A stretch of 49,281 nt of DNA from Lutibacter sp. (GCA_014859175.1 JACUUQ010000001.1:1-49281), one strand, 5' to 3'. Positions 28,696 through 39,107 are shown, counted from the first letter of the stretch. Program-made: numbers and translations. Notes: generated from the letters alone by a model not told the origin.

Positions 28696-29820
28696 CTATT
28701 GCGCTTTGATAAGCGCTATAATTTCTTTGTATTCATCGGGATTGTTCAAAAAATCTTTTTGGGAAACATCAATAATGAGCGTTTTCAGATTTTCTTCGGT
28801 TTTGATAAAACTCGAATAGCCTTGGTGAATTTTATCTAAATAGTCCGGAGCAATATTTTGTTCATATTCGCGCCCTCTTTTTTTAATATTTTTGATTAAC
28901 TGTGGCGTATCCTGATAAAGATAAATATACAAATCGGGTTTTGAAATTTCTTTGTACATAATGTCGAACATTTTTCTGTACAAATAAAACTCATCTTTTT
29001 GCAACGTAATTTGTGCAAAAATAAGCGACTTAAAAATGTAATAATCCGAAACGATAAAGTTTTTAAACAAATCAAATTGCGCCAAATCATCCGAAAGCTG
29101 CGAATACCTGTCGGCTAAAAAACTCATTTCCAACGGAAAAGCATAACGATCGTTGTCTTCGTAAAATTTCGGCAAAAACGGATTGTCGGCAAAGCGTTCC
29201 AAAATAATTTTCGCATTAAAATCTTCGGCAATCATCGTGGCAAGCGTTGTTTTGCCTGAGCCAATATTTCCTTCAATGGCAATATAATTGAATTTTTCGG
29301 CCAGTGAAACCGGTCGTTTTAGGGAAAAGGAAGTTTTTTCAACCGGACTGTCATCGGTGCAGTTTTCCAAGCAAGTTTGTATGCGTTGTTTTGTGATGGG
29401 ATGAATCAAATTTGGCGCAATTTCAGCCAATGGAACCAACACAAACTTTCTGTTTAGCATTTCTTTATTCGGCACTGCCAATTCTTTTGAAAAAATAATT
29501 TCGGTATCAAAAAGCAATACATCAATATCAATAATACGCGCTTTATAACCAGTTTCAGAAGTTCTTTTTCTGCCTAACAAAAGTTCAATTTCCTGAATCG
29601 ATTTTAAAAGGTTTTCCGGGTTTAAGCCTGTGGAAATTTGAATGCAGATATTTAGAAAATCATCGCTTTTAAAACCCCAGGATTTCGTTTTGTAAACGGC
29701 TGAAATCTTAACAACAGCGCCTATTTTTTCGGCAATTAAATCAACAGCCTGCTGTAAATTCTCAAGCTTGTTTCCCTGGTTGCTTCCCAACGATAAATAT
29801 GTAGGTCTTAAAATTTGCAT
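28696..29820 (-). CDS. folK: HPPK (FolK) fused to deoxynucleoside kinase
   Basis: YLSLGSNQG, F.N, R.IDIDVL, RKFVLVPL; then IAIEGNIGSGKTT, NPFLPKFY, PDLYIYL, RGREYE. Confidence 0.93.
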   Translation of the reverse strand: MQILRPTYLSLGSNQGNKLENLQQAVDLIAEKIGAVVKISAVYKTKSWGFKSDDFLNICIQISTGLNPENLLKSIQEIELLLGRKRTSETGYKARIIDIDVLLFDTEIIFSKELAVPNKEMLNRKFVLVPLAEIAPNLIHPITKQRIQTCLENCTDDSPVEKTSFSLKRPVSLAEKFNYIAIEGNIGSGKTTLATMIAEDFNAKIILERFADNPFLPKFYEDNDRYAFPLEMSFLADRYSQLSDDLAQFDLFKNFIVSDYYIFKSLIFAQITLQKDEFYLYRKMFDIMYKEISKPDLYIYLYQDTPQLIKNIKKRGREYEQNIAPDYLDKIHQGYSSFIKTEENLKTLIIDVSQKDFLNNPDEYKEIIALIKAQ

Positions 29821-29924
29821 AAAGTGAATGCAAAGGAAAGAAAAGTATTAGATAAATACATATCTTTGCACGTCAATTTATAAACATTTATAAACTTTTT
29901 TTCGATTTTTAATTCTGGATTTGC

Positions 29925-31679
29925 ATGAGATTTTTAGGAAATTTAATAGCATCAATTTTAGGGACGTTAATTGCGTTGGGTATTTTGTTCATGATGTTTA
30001 TCGTGATTGCCATAGCATTTGGCGAAACTGAAAAAGTGCTGGTGAAAGGAAATTCGGTTTTGGTCATTAAATTGGATGCTTTGGTGAAGGATTATGCGCC
30101 AAAAGGCACTGATTTACTTGATGAATTTTTTGCGTTAAGCGATGAGAAAATGGGCTTGAATGAAATTATCAACGCCATTGAAAACGCAAAGAATGATGAT
30201 AACATTGTTGGAATAAGCATCAATACGCTTGATGTAAATGCGGGAATTTCGCAAACCAAAGCGATTAGAAATAAATTGGAGGAATTTAAGGAATCGGGTA
30301 AATTTGTGATGGCTTACGGCGATGTTTACAATCAGAAATCTTATTACTTAAGTTCTGTGGCCGATTCTGTTTTTATGAATCCACTGGGTGGTGTTGATTT
30401 TAAGGGTTTGTCTTCTGAAGTGTTATTTTTTAAAGATTTGCAGGATAAATCGGGCGTTAAAATGGAAGTGATCCGACACGGAAAATACAAAAGTGCCGTT
30501 GAGCCGTTTCTGTACAATAAAATGAGCGACGAAAACCGGGAACAAATTACGTCATTTTTACAGTCTATTTGGGGCGAATTGTTGGTTGATATTTCAAAAA
30601 GCAGAAATAAAACAACAGAGGAACTAAACGCCATTGCCGATAATTTATGGGCGCGAAACGCCACATTGGCCATTGAAAACAACATTGTTGATGCTGCTGT
30701 TTATTTGGATGAATATGAGACCAAATTAAAATTGGCTTCCGGCATTTCAATAGATAAGGAATTGCCTGAAATTACACTTTCTGATTATATTGCTACAGGA
30801 AAAGGCAGGGTTATTTCAAGTGCCACCAATAAAATTGCCGTAATTTATGCGCAAGGGGAAATAATATACGGAAAAGGAAATGAAGATTTAATCGGACAGG
30901 AATTAATTATAGAAGCCCTTCGCAAAGCGAGAAAAGACAAAAATGTAAAAGCAATTGTGTTGCGAATAAATTCGCCGGGCGGAAGCGCGTTGGCTTCAGA
31001 ATTAATTTGGCGGGAATTGGAACTGACCAAAAAAGAATTGCCTTTGGTGGTTTCTATGGGTGATTTGGCTGCGTCAGGCGGGTATTATATCGCTTGTAAT
31101 GCGGACAGAATTTTTGCGGAATCGACCACTATTTCAGGATCAATCGGTGTTTTTGGCGCTTTGCCAAATATGAGCAAATTAGCCGGGGATATTGGTGTCA
31201 ATGCCGAGCAGGTGCGTACCAATAAAAGCCCAAATTACAGTCTTTTTGAGCCAATTACCGATGAGTTTCGGGCGGTTACCACTGAAGGCGTTGAAGATAT
31301 TTACACAACTTTTTTGGCAAGGGTTTCTGCAGGCAGAAATATGAGCGTTAAGGCGGTGGACAGTATTGCCCAAGGCCGTGTTTGGGCGGGAGTTGATGCT
31401 TTGCAAAATGGATTGGTTGATGAAATGGGGAATTTGGATGATGCTGTAAAATATGCTGCGGAATTGGCTGCAATTGTTGATTATAAAGTGCGCAATTACC
31501 CAGATTATAAATTTAATTTAGGTGATAGGTTGAGCGGTATTCCTTTTATGAAAACAAAAGAAAAAGCAATGATTGAAGCTTTGGGATTGGATAATTATAA
31601 AATTTACCAAACCATCAAACAATTTTCAGAACTCAAAGGAATTCAGGCAAGAATGCCTTTTTTGCTGGAAATTAAATAA
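29925..31679 (+). CDS. sppA: Signal peptide peptidase SppA (67K type)
   Basis: GKYKSAVEP, LRINSPGGSA, SMGDLAASGGYY, GSIGV, QGRVW.G. Promoter TATCTTTG at 29861-29868. Confidence 0.96.
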   Translation: MRFLGNLIASILGTLIALGILFMMFIVIAIAFGETEKVLVKGNSVLVIKLDALVKDYAPKGTDLLDEFFALSDEKMGLNEIINAIENAKNDDNIVGISINTLDVNAGISQTKAIRNKLEEFKESGKFVMAYGDVYNQKSYYLSSVADSVFMNPLGGVDFKGLSSEVLFFKDLQDKSGVKMEVIRHGKYKSAVEPFLYNKMSDENREQITSFLQSIWGELLVDISKSRNKTTEELNAIADNLWARNATLAIENNIVDAAVYLDEYETKLKLASGISIDKELPEITLSDYIATGKGRVISSATNKIAVIYAQGEIIYGKGNEDLIGQELIIEALRKARKDKNVKAIVLRINSPGGSALASELIWRELELTKKELPLVVSMGDLAASGGYYIACNADRIFAESTTISGSIGVFGALPNMSKLAGDIGVNAEQVRTNKSPNYSLFEPITDEFRAVTTEGVEDIYTTFLARVSAGRNMSVKAVDSIAQGRVWAGVDALQNGLVDEMGNLDDAVKYAAELAAIVDYKVRNYPDYKFNLGDRLSGIPFMKTKEKAMIEALGLDNYKIYQTIKQFSELKGIQARMPFLLEIK

Positions 31680-31688
31680 GCGTGTTAT

Positions 31689-32174
31689 TTAAATTCGCTC
31701 GAAGGTAATAAAACTGTAATCGTACTTGTTATTTTCGTCTGCTTTAAAATCTTCCCGTGAAGTTTCTTTCCAGATTGTTTTGTCAATTTCAGGAAAAAAA
31801 ACATCAGCCTCAAATTGGCGGTGAACAAAAGTGATGTCAAGCCTGTCAGCATAAGGCATCGCTTGTTTGTAAATTTCTGCGCCACCCAAAATAAACGGAT
31901 TCTCATCTGCTTCTGCTGCGGCTTTTAAAGCACCTTCTAATGAATTTGCCACAATACAGGCTTCAACTTTGTAATTTTTATCGCGCGTAATAACAATGTT
32001 TGTTCTTTCTGGAAGCGGTTTTCCCAGTGATTCATAAGTTTTCCGCCCCATAATAACCGCGTGGTTCAAAGTCGTTTTTTTGAACCGTTTTAAATCGGCG
32101 GGTAAATGCCAAATCAATTGGTTGTCTTTTCCCAAGGCGTTATTTGCCGCAATCGCAGCCATAATTGTTACCAT
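31689..32174 (-). CDS. folA: Dihydrofolate reductase
   Basis: LIWHLPADLKRFK, IMGRKTYES, PLPERTNIVITR, ILGGAEIY, ADVFFP. Confidence 0.96.
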   Translation of the reverse strand: MVTIMAAIAANNALGKDNQLIWHLPADLKRFKKTTLNHAVIMGRKTYESLGKPLPERTNIVITRDKNYKVEACIVANSLEGALKAAAEADENPFILGGAEIYKQAMPYADRLDITFVHRQFEADVFFPEIDKTIWKETSREDFKADENNKYDYSFITFERI

Positions 32175-32593
32175 TATTCTGTTGCGTTGCTTAAATCCCC
32201 TTCTTTTTTGTCCTTTTCGAAATTGTATAACGCTTGCGTTTTTTCAGCTTTTAGGGCATATTCATCATCCATTTGCTTTTTTAATTTTGCAATTTTCAAT
32301 TCTTGCTCCATCACCAATTTTTCGGTTTGTGCACGTTCCCAATCTTTTCCCATAAAGCGTTGGGTAACAAACACGTTTATAAAATGCAATACAAAGAAGA
32401 AAAGCCATAAAATAATGGCCCAAACAAACCAGTTTTCAACAACATTTTCGCCAACTTTTAACAATTTGTTAAGCAGAATCAAAAAAACGGCGCCCACCAA
32501 AAACACTACAAAATGATAGTAAAGTCTCTTTTTTTGTTTTGCGCGTGCGCGTGCAGTTTCATAAAACTCGTGTTGTTTATTTAGGTCATCCAT
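32174..32593 (-). CDS. 2TM domain-containing protein
   Basis: AR.R..QKKRLYYHF..F, two TM segments, W..LH..VF..GKDWE. Confidence 0.8.
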   Translation of the reverse strand: MDDLNKQHEFYETARARAKQKKRLYYHFVVFLVGAVFLILLNKLLKVGENVVENWFVWAIILWLFFFVLHFINVFVTQRFMGKDWERAQTEKLVMEQELKIAKLKKQMDDEYALKAEKTQALYNFEKDKKEGDLSNATE

Positions 32594-32595
32594 AG

Positions 32596-32808
32596 TTACA
32601 TATTTTTAACCCATTCTTTAATATAGGCCGTAAAATCTTCTGTTTCGTTTGTGTTTTCCTGTTGTTTTTGTTCAAAAGCAACATTTAAAAATTTCAAAAC
32701 ATTTTTGTCTGAAGTATTTAAAAGGTATTCAATGGATTTTAACAACTCAACATCATCAATTTCAATGATTCTTTCAAGTATTTTAATTTTTAGTCCTGCT
32801 GTATTCAT
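32596..32808 (-). CDS. Hypothetical small helical protein
   Basis: 70 aa, tightly packed upstream of the 2TM gene; N-terminus MNTAGLKIKILERIIEIDDVELLKSIEYLL. Confidence 0.65.
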   Translation of the reverse strand: MNTAGLKIKILERIIEIDDVELLKSIEYLLNTSDKNVLKFLNVAFEQKQQENTNETEDFTAYIKEWVKNM

Positions 32809-32939
32809 GCTTCTTTTTTTAAGGAGTCTAAATATATTAAAAGTTTTACAAACTGTTTATTAAAGAAATATTAAATTTCAATAATTTACATTTACAATTT
32901 GCTGCCAAGTAAATTTTTTAGGCGGAAGTTTGTCTTATG

Positions 32940-33764
32940 TTAAACAGCCACCTCTCCTTTAATATGCGAATCCGGATTGTAATTTAGCAAGGTAAAATCT
33001 TCAAACTTAAAATCGAAGATGTTTTTCACCGATGGGTTTATTTCCATTTTAGGCAATTCTCTTGGCGTTCTTGATAATTGCAATTTAATTTGTTCGCTAT
33101 GGTTGCTGTAAATATGTGCATCACCAAAAGTGTGGATAAAATCTCCCGGTTTTAAATTGCAAACCTGTGCAACCATCATCGTGAATAAGGCATAGGAAGC
33201 GATGTTAAACGGTACGCCTAAAAATATGTCGGCACTTCGTTGATATAATTGACAGGATAATTTTCCGTCGGCCACATAAAATTGAAAAAAGGCATGACAA
33301 GGCGGTAATGCCGCTTTTCCGTTGGCAACGTTTTTAGCAAAAGATAAAGAAGTATCGGGCAAAACACTTGGATTCCAGGCTGAAACCATCATTCTTCGGC
33401 TGTTCGGATTTGTTTTTATTGTTTGAATCAATTCCGAAATTTGATCAATGTCTTCGCTATTCCAGTTTCGCCATTGATGGCCGTAAACCGGACCTAAATC
33501 GCCGTTTTCATTTGCCCAGGCATCCCATATTTTTACGCCGTTTTCATTCAAATATTTTATGTTGGTGTCGCCTTTTAAAAACCACAGCAATTCATAAATA
33601 ATGGATTTTAAATGCAGTTTTTTTGTGGTCAACATAGGAAAACCGTCACTTAAATCAAACCGCATCTGATAACCAAACACGCTTTTTGTGCCGGTTCCTG
33701 TCCTGTCTTCTTTGACCGTTCCTTTATATTGCACGTATTTTATTAAGTCTAGATATTGTTTCAT
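32940..33764 (-). CDS. thyA: Thymidylate synthase
   Basis: DRTGTGT, ELLWFL.G, LGPVYG.QWR, ALPPCH, YQRSAD.FLGVPFN, HIYSNH. Confidence 0.98.
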   Translation of the reverse strand: MKQYLDLIKYVQYKGTVKEDRTGTGTKSVFGYQMRFDLSDGFPMLTTKKLHLKSIIYELLWFLKGDTNIKYLNENGVKIWDAWANENGDLGPVYGHQWRNWNSEDIDQISELIQTIKTNPNSRRMMVSAWNPSVLPDTSLSFAKNVANGKAALPPCHAFFQFYVADGKLSCQLYQRSADIFLGVPFNIASYALFTMMVAQVCNLKPGDFIHTFGDAHIYSNHSEQIKLQLSRTPRELPKMEINPSVKNIFDFKFEDFTLLNYNPDSHIKGEVAV

Positions 33765-33850
33765 TTTCCTGTTTATAATTAAGGCGTTTATTTTTTATAA
33801 ACGATTAAACAAATACTTTCAGTAGTTTATTTTTTAATCAAATTTAATAT

Positions 33851-33874
33851 TCCCCCTTCGGGGGCTAGGGGGGC
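33851..33874. repeat. C/G-run hairpin repeat
   Basis: cccc-ttcg-gggg plus ctagggggg just after the nupC stop. A similar inverted copy, cccctaccctaaaggga, lies at 49232-49248. Confidence 0.5.
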
Positions 33875-33884
33875 GTTTAGTGGC

Positions 33885-35279
33885 TTACCCAATAATCATT
33901 CCTGCAATTGTTGCTGATAACAATGAAGCAATTGAACCTCCAATAACGGCTTTTAGGCCAAACTCCGACAATGTTTTTCTTTGGCCAGGAGCCAAGGAAC
34001 CAATTCCGCCAATTTGAATTCCGATAGAAGCGAAGTTGGCAAAACCGCACAACATATAAGTTGCCATAATAACCGATTTGCTGTAAGTAAAATGAGTTAC
34101 ATTGGCCATATTTTTTAACTCAGCCAACTGAATATATCCCACAAACTCGCTTGCGGCTAATTTTACGCCCAACAACTGTCCCATCAACATTATATCTTCT
34201 CTCGCAACACCAATCAACCACATTAAAGGCGCAAAAATAGTTCCTAAAATTGATTCCAAAGAAAATTGTTGGTAGGGTGTATAGGCAACAATCCAATCGT
34301 TTAAATAGGTCACAGAACCTACCCAACCCAAAATACCATTTATCATAGCAATTAAAGCCACAAAAACCAATAACATCGCTGCAACATTGGCCGCTAATTT
34401 TAAGCCTTCAGTTGTTCCATTGGCAATGGCGTCCAAAATATTTGAGCCAATTTTTTCTTGGGAAACATTTACGTCTGTATTAATTTCCTCCGTTTGCGGA
34501 TACAGCATTTTTGAGATTACAATCGCTCCTGGCGCTGCCATTACAGATGCTGCCAGCAAATGTTTGGCAAATTGAAGTCGTAAAACAGGATCGTTACCGC
34601 CTAAAAATCCGATGTAAGCAGCTAAAACACCGCCGGCAACAGTGGCCATCCCGCCAATCATCACCAATAATATTTCCGAACGGTTCATGCGCTCCAAATA
34701 GGCTTTTATCATCAAAGGAGCTTCGGTTTGGCCCAAAAATATATTTCCCGCAACCGATAAACTTTCGGCGCCTGAAATTTTTAATAACTTGGTCAATAAA
34801 AGTGCCATTCCCTTAACTATAATTTGAATAACGCCCAAATAAAATAACAAGGATGTTAAAGCTGAAAAGAAAATGATGGTAGGCAAAATTTGAAACACAA
34901 ATATAAATCCGTAGGAATCAATATTCATTAAGCCGCCAAATAAAAACTGGCTTCCTGCAGCTGTAAAATCTAAAATACTGGTAAAAATTCCGCCAACAAA
35001 TTCAAAAATTCGCTGAACAAAAGGCACTTTTAAAACCCCGACGCCAATAAGCAGCTGGGCCGTAATACCCGCGCCAACCGTTTTCCAATTAATGGCTTTT
35101 CGGTTATTGCTGAACAAATAGGCGATAAGAAGCAAAGACACCATTCCCAAAGCCCCTCGCCATAAGGAAGTTGTCGTGAATCCTTGGTTGTTGATAAGCG
35201 TATTGTTGATGGTTTCTTGTGCGTTTGTTGAAAATATACTGAAGAATATTAGGGTGGCTAAGCTTATTTTTTTGATCAT
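33885..35279 (-). CDS. Concentrative Na+/nucleoside transporter (CNT/NupC family)
   Basis: LPTIIFFSAL, NIFLGQTEAPL, GMATVAGGV, EFVGY, LCGFANFASIGIQIGG. Confidence 0.95.
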   Translation of the reverse strand: MIKKISLATLIFFSIFSTNAQETINNTLINNQGFTTTSLWRGALGMVSLLLIAYLFSNNRKAINWKTVGAGITAQLLIGVGVLKVPFVQRIFEFVGGIFTSILDFTAAGSQFLFGGLMNIDSYGFIFVFQILPTIIFFSALTSLLFYLGVIQIIVKGMALLLTKLLKISGAESLSVAGNIFLGQTEAPLMIKAYLERMNRSEILLVMIGGMATVAGGVLAAYIGFLGGNDPVLRLQFAKHLLAASVMAAPGAIVISKMLYPQTEEINTDVNVSQEKIGSNILDAIANGTTEGLKLAANVAAMLLVFVALIAMINGILGWVGSVTYLNDWIVAYTPYQQFSLESILGTIFAPLMWLIGVAREDIMLMGQLLGVKLAASEFVGYIQLAELKNMANVTHFTYSKSVIMATYMLCGFANFASIGIQIGGIGSLAPGQRKTLSEFGLKAVIGGSIASLLSATIAGMIIG

Positions 35280-35290
35280 AAAATATGTTG

Positions 35291-35893
35291 TTATGAAGTG
35301 CGTTTGGTTATTTCGTCACGAATTTTTGCAGCCAATTCATAATCTTCATTTTGAACAGCTTTATTTAATTTTTCATTCAGTTCTTCAAGGGTGTCTTTCG
35401 AGTAGGAACTTGCTTTTTCTGGCTCTTCAATCAATTTTTCAATGCTCAAGGTTTCTTTTTCGCCGGATAATTCATCTTTTGCTTTTAAATAGATTCCCGC
35501 CTTGTCCAAAATATTTTCATAGGTATAAATTGGCGCATTAAATCGCGTTGCCAAAGCAATGGCGTCGGAAGTTCGGGTATCTATAATTTCTTCAATTTTG
35601 TCGCGTTCACAAATCAAGCTCGAATAAAACACGCCGTCAACCAATTTATGGATGATTACTTGTTTAATTGCAATGTGAAATCGGTCGGCGAAAGTTTTGA
35701 ATAAATCGTGTGTAAGCGGTCGGGGAGGTTTTATTTCTTTTTCCAAGGCGATGGCAATGGATTGTGCTTCAAACGCTCCGATAACTATAGGTAACGTTCT
35801 GGTGCCGTCCACTTCACTCAAAACCAATGCGTAAGCACCGCTTTGCGTTTGGCTGTAAGATATCCCTTTAATATTTAGGCGAACTAAACTCAT
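35291..35893 (-). CDS. Bifunctional nuclease (DUF151) with C-terminal UVR domain
   Basis: LPIVIGAFEAQSIA, PRPLTHDL, D.R.SDAIALA, AVQNEDYELAAKIRDEI. Confidence 0.92.
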   Translation of the reverse strand: MSLVRLNIKGISYSQTQSGAYALVLSEVDGTRTLPIVIGAFEAQSIAIALEKEIKPPRPLTHDLFKTFADRFHIAIKQVIIHKLVDGVFYSSLICERDKIEEIIDTRTSDAIALATRFNAPIYTYENILDKAGIYLKAKDELSGEKETLSIEKLIEEPEKASSYSKDTLEELNEKLNKAVQNEDYELAAKIRDEITKRTS

Positions 35894-35981
35894 AAGTTAA
35901 AATTAACAAAAAAGACTGTCTAATCAAAGGATTTTATCCCAATAATTAGGCAGCCTAATTTAGAGGCACAATTTAATAAAA

Positions 35982-36944
35982 TTATGCGTTATTCGCTTTA
36001 AATTCTGTTAACTTTTCAATTAATTTTGGCACCACATCAAAAGCATCGCCAACAATGCCGTAATCTGCCGCTTTAAAGAAAGGCGCTTCGGGATCGGTAT
36101 TGATCACCACTTTAACTTTTGAGGAGTTTACGCCGGCCAAATGCTGTATAGCGCCTGAAATTCCAATGGCAATGTATAAGTTAGAAGAAACTGGTTTCCC
36201 GGTTTGTCCAACATGTTCACCGTGAGGTCTCCAGCCCAAATCAGATACCGGTTTTGAACAGGCAGTGGCTGCTCCCAAAACGTTGGCAAGTTCTTCAATC
36301 ATACCCCAATTTTCAGGACCTTTCAATCCTCTTCCTCCCGAAACAACAATATCGGCATCGGCAATGGTAACTTTACCTGAAGTTTGTTCAATGGATGCAG
36401 AAACCAAATTGCTTTCAACTAAAACAGGTGAAAATTCCTCAGTTGTTCCCGAAACTTTGTTTTCAACCAAACCAAATGAATTTTTGGCAAGCGCAATAAC
36501 TTTTATGTTGGTTAATATTTGTGTATTGTTAAACGCTTTGTTGGAAAATGTTTTTCTTTTCACCGTAAAAGGCGAAGTTTCACTTGGCAAAGCAATCACA
36601 TTGCTTGCATAACCCGCATTTAAATTGGCGGCAACCATTGGCGCAAAGTACAATCCGTTCGCGTTTGAATCGATGATGACAACTTGTGCACTTTCTTTTT
36701 CTGCGGCTTGTTTTACAATATTTGCAACTAATTTGGCATTAAAAACATTTAATTTATCATTTGTGACAGTTAAAACTTTTTCGGCGCCATAAGTATATAG
36801 CATTGTTGCTTCACTTGAATTTATGGTCAATACCACTAAATTTGTTCCCAATTGCTCCGCAACTTTTTTTCCGTAGGAAGTTACTTCCAACGCAGTTTTT
36901 TTATATTTTCCTTCCGATGATTCGGCAAAAACCAATACTGACAT
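35982..36944 (-). CDS. etfA: Electron transfer flavoprotein alpha subunit
   Basis: VVSGGRG, VGQTGK, LYIAIGISGAIQHLAG, INTDPEAPFF. Confidence 0.96.
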   Translation of the reverse strand: MSVLVFAESSEGKYKKTALEVTSYGKKVAEQLGTNLVVLTINSSEATMLYTYGAEKVLTVTNDKLNVFNAKLVANIVKQAAEKESAQVVIIDSNANGLYFAPMVAANLNAGYASNVIALPSETSPFTVKRKTFSNKAFNNTQILTNIKVIALAKNSFGLVENKVSGTTEEFSPVLVESNLVSASIEQTSGKVTIADADIVVSGGRGLKGPENWGMIEELANVLGAATACSKPVSDLGWRPHGEHVGQTGKPVSSNLYIAIGISGAIQHLAGVNSSKVKVVINTDPEAPFFKAADYGIVGDAFDVVPKLIEKLTEFKANNA

Positions 36945-37052
36945 AATATTTTTAGATTTTGGATTTTAGGTTTAAAACTAAAATGAATTTATATTTTTTA
37001 ATTCTTGTTGAACAGTTAAACGCCTAAACAAATAAACGTTTAAACAATGGTT

Positions 37053-37799
37053 TTAAATAACCTTTGCTTCGTTGTGCAATAAACTGATGAGTTCGTCCAA
37101 ATTGTCTGCAGCAACTAATTTACAGGCCGATTTTGCTGGCTGTTTTTCAAAAGAAACAATGGACGTTGTTGTATTTCCGTTCGAGGATTCAACAATGGTC
37201 AATGGTTTTTGACGCGCCATCATAATGCCGCGCATATTTGGAATTCGCAAATCTTTTTCTTCAACCAAACCTTTTTGTCCGGCAATAATCAAAGGAAGAT
37301 TTGCCTCCAGCATTTCTTTTCCGCCGTCAATTTCTCTTGAAATAGTGGCTTTATCACCTTCAATTTCCAGTCCGATACAGGCATTTACAAAATTAAAGTC
37401 TAACAACGCGGCAAGCATTGCAGGCACCATTCCGCCGTTATAATCGATGGATTCTTTTCCGGCAAGCACCAAATCGTAGCCGCCATTTTTAACCACTTCG
37501 GCCAACTCTTTTGCAACGGTAAAGCCGTCTAAAGCCTCCGCATTTACCCTAATTGCATCGTCGGCGCCAATGGCCAAAGCTTTGCGCAAAGTTGGTTCAG
37601 TAGAGGCATTTCCAACAGTGGCTACAGTTACGGTTGCCCCTTGTTTTTCTTTAAACCACATAGCCCTTGTCAATGCAAATTCATCATAAGGGTTTATTAC
37701 AAATTGCACACCGTTGCTGTCAAATTTAGTATTATTATCACTAAAATTTATCTTTGATGTGGTGTCCGGAACGTGGCTGATACAAACTAATATTTTCAT
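37053..37799 (-). CDS. etfB: Electron transfer flavoprotein beta subunit
   Basis: VPDT, INPYDEFAL, ALAIGAD, GKESID, RIPNMRGIM.A. Confidence 0.96.
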   Translation of the reverse strand: MKILVCISHVPDTTSKINFSDNNTKFDSNGVQFVINPYDEFALTRAMWFKEKQGATVTVATVGNASTEPTLRKALAIGADDAIRVNAEALDGFTVAKELAEVVKNGGYDLVLAGKESIDYNGGMVPAMLAALLDFNFVNACIGLEIEGDKATISREIDGGKEMLEANLPLIIAGQKGLVEEKDLRIPNMRGIMMARQKPLTIVESSNGNTTTSIVSFEKQPAKSACKLVAADNLDELISLLHNEAKVI

Positions 37800-37881
37800 G
37801 AAATCTAGGTGTTAGGTATTTGGTATAAAATTACAGGTCATTTTATTAATGATGCTACGAATATAGTATTTTTTTTAAATA

Positions 37882-37899
37882 TATTATGCACGCATAGTA
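37882..37899. promoter_or_regulatory. Candidate operator palindrome in the etfB-pdhB divergent region
   Basis: tattatgc-ac-gcatagta (7 of 9 symmetric pairs). Confidence 0.4.
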
Positions 37900-37980
37900 A
37901 TATTTTTATTAAAACATTATTTTTTTGATAGAACTGTTATAATTGTTTAATTTTGCAAATCCTAAAAAAACAGATATAAG

Positions 37981-38961
37981 ATGAAGACTATACAATTTAG
38001 AGAAGCCATTTGTGAAGCAATGAGTGAAGAAATGCGCAGGGATGAAACTATTTACTTAATAGGAGAAGAAGTTGCTGAATATAATGGTGCCTATAAAGCT
38101 TCAAAAGGAATGTTGGATGAGTTTGGCGCAAAACGCGTAATTGATTCTCCAATTGCCGAATTGGGTTTTACCGGAATCGCCATTGGATCGGCCATGAACG
38201 GAAACAGGCCAATTGTGGAATATATGACCTTTAATTTTGCTTTGGTGGGTATTGACCAAATTATAAATAACGCCGCCAAAATCAGACAAATGTCGGGCGG
38301 ACAAATAAATTGCCCTATTGTTTTTCGCGGTCCAACCGGATCTGCCGGTCAATTGGGAGCCACACATTCACAGGCATTTGAAAACTGGTTTGCAAACACG
38401 CCAGGTTTAAAAGTGGTGGTGCCATCAAATCCTTATGATGCAAAAGGTTTGTTAAAAGCCGCAATTAGAGATGATGACCCAGTTATTTTTATGGAATCTG
38501 AACAAATGTATGGAGACAAAGGCGAAGTGCCGGATGGCGAATATATTGTGCCAATTGGCGTTGCCGCCATTAAAAGAGAAGGAAAAGATGTAACAATTGT
38601 GTCTTTCGGAAAAATAATTAAAGAAGCTTATATCGCTGCCGATATTTTAGAAAAAGAAGGAATTTCGGTTGAAATTATCGATTTGCGAACCATCAGGCCA
38701 ATGGATAGCGAAGCCATTTTTAAATCGGTAAGAAAAACAAACCGCTTGGTTATTTTGGAAGAAGCCTGGCCTTTTGGCAGTGTTTCCTCTGAAATTACTT
38801 TCCAGGTTCAGGAAAATGTATTCGATTATTTGGACGCTCCAATAAAAAGAATTACCACTGCTGATACGCCTGCGCCATATTCTCCAGTTTTATTGGAAGA
38901 GTGGTTGCCAAATGCCAATGATGTGGTAAAAGCAGTGAAAGAGGTTTTGTATAAAAAATAA
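37981..38961 (+). CDS. pdhB: Pyruvate dehydrogenase E1 beta subunit
   Basis: GEEVAEYNGAYK, DSPIAELGF, EYMTFNF, ATHSQ, DLRTIRP. Promoter TAATTTTG at 37948-37955. Confidence 0.95.
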   Translation: MKTIQFREAICEAMSEEMRRDETIYLIGEEVAEYNGAYKASKGMLDEFGAKRVIDSPIAELGFTGIAIGSAMNGNRPIVEYMTFNFALVGIDQIINNAAKIRQMSGGQINCPIVFRGPTGSAGQLGATHSQAFENWFANTPGLKVVVPSNPYDAKGLLKAAIRDDDPVIFMESEQMYGDKGEVPDGEYIVPIGVAAIKREGKDVTIVSFGKIIKEAYIAADILEKEGISVEIIDLRTIRPMDSEAIFKSVRKTNRLVILEEAWPFGSVSSEITFQVQENVFDYLDAPIKRITTADTPAPYSPVLLEEWLPNANDVVKAVKEVLYKK

Positions 38962-38985
38962 GGGCATAATATTTGCGCTGCAACT

Positions 38986-39016
38986 ACCTTTCAAATTAAT
39001 GTTGAAAGGTTTTTTT
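38986..39016 (+). terminator. Intrinsic terminator after pdhB
   Basis: acctttcaa-attaatg-ttgaaaggt plus T run. Confidence 0.7.
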
Positions 39017-39107
39017 ATGATGAAACGAGCCATAACAAATTTTGATACACAAGGAAATGATTAATGGCGAACTGCAGCTGTACCAATAAAAAATAAAATA
39101 TAAACAG

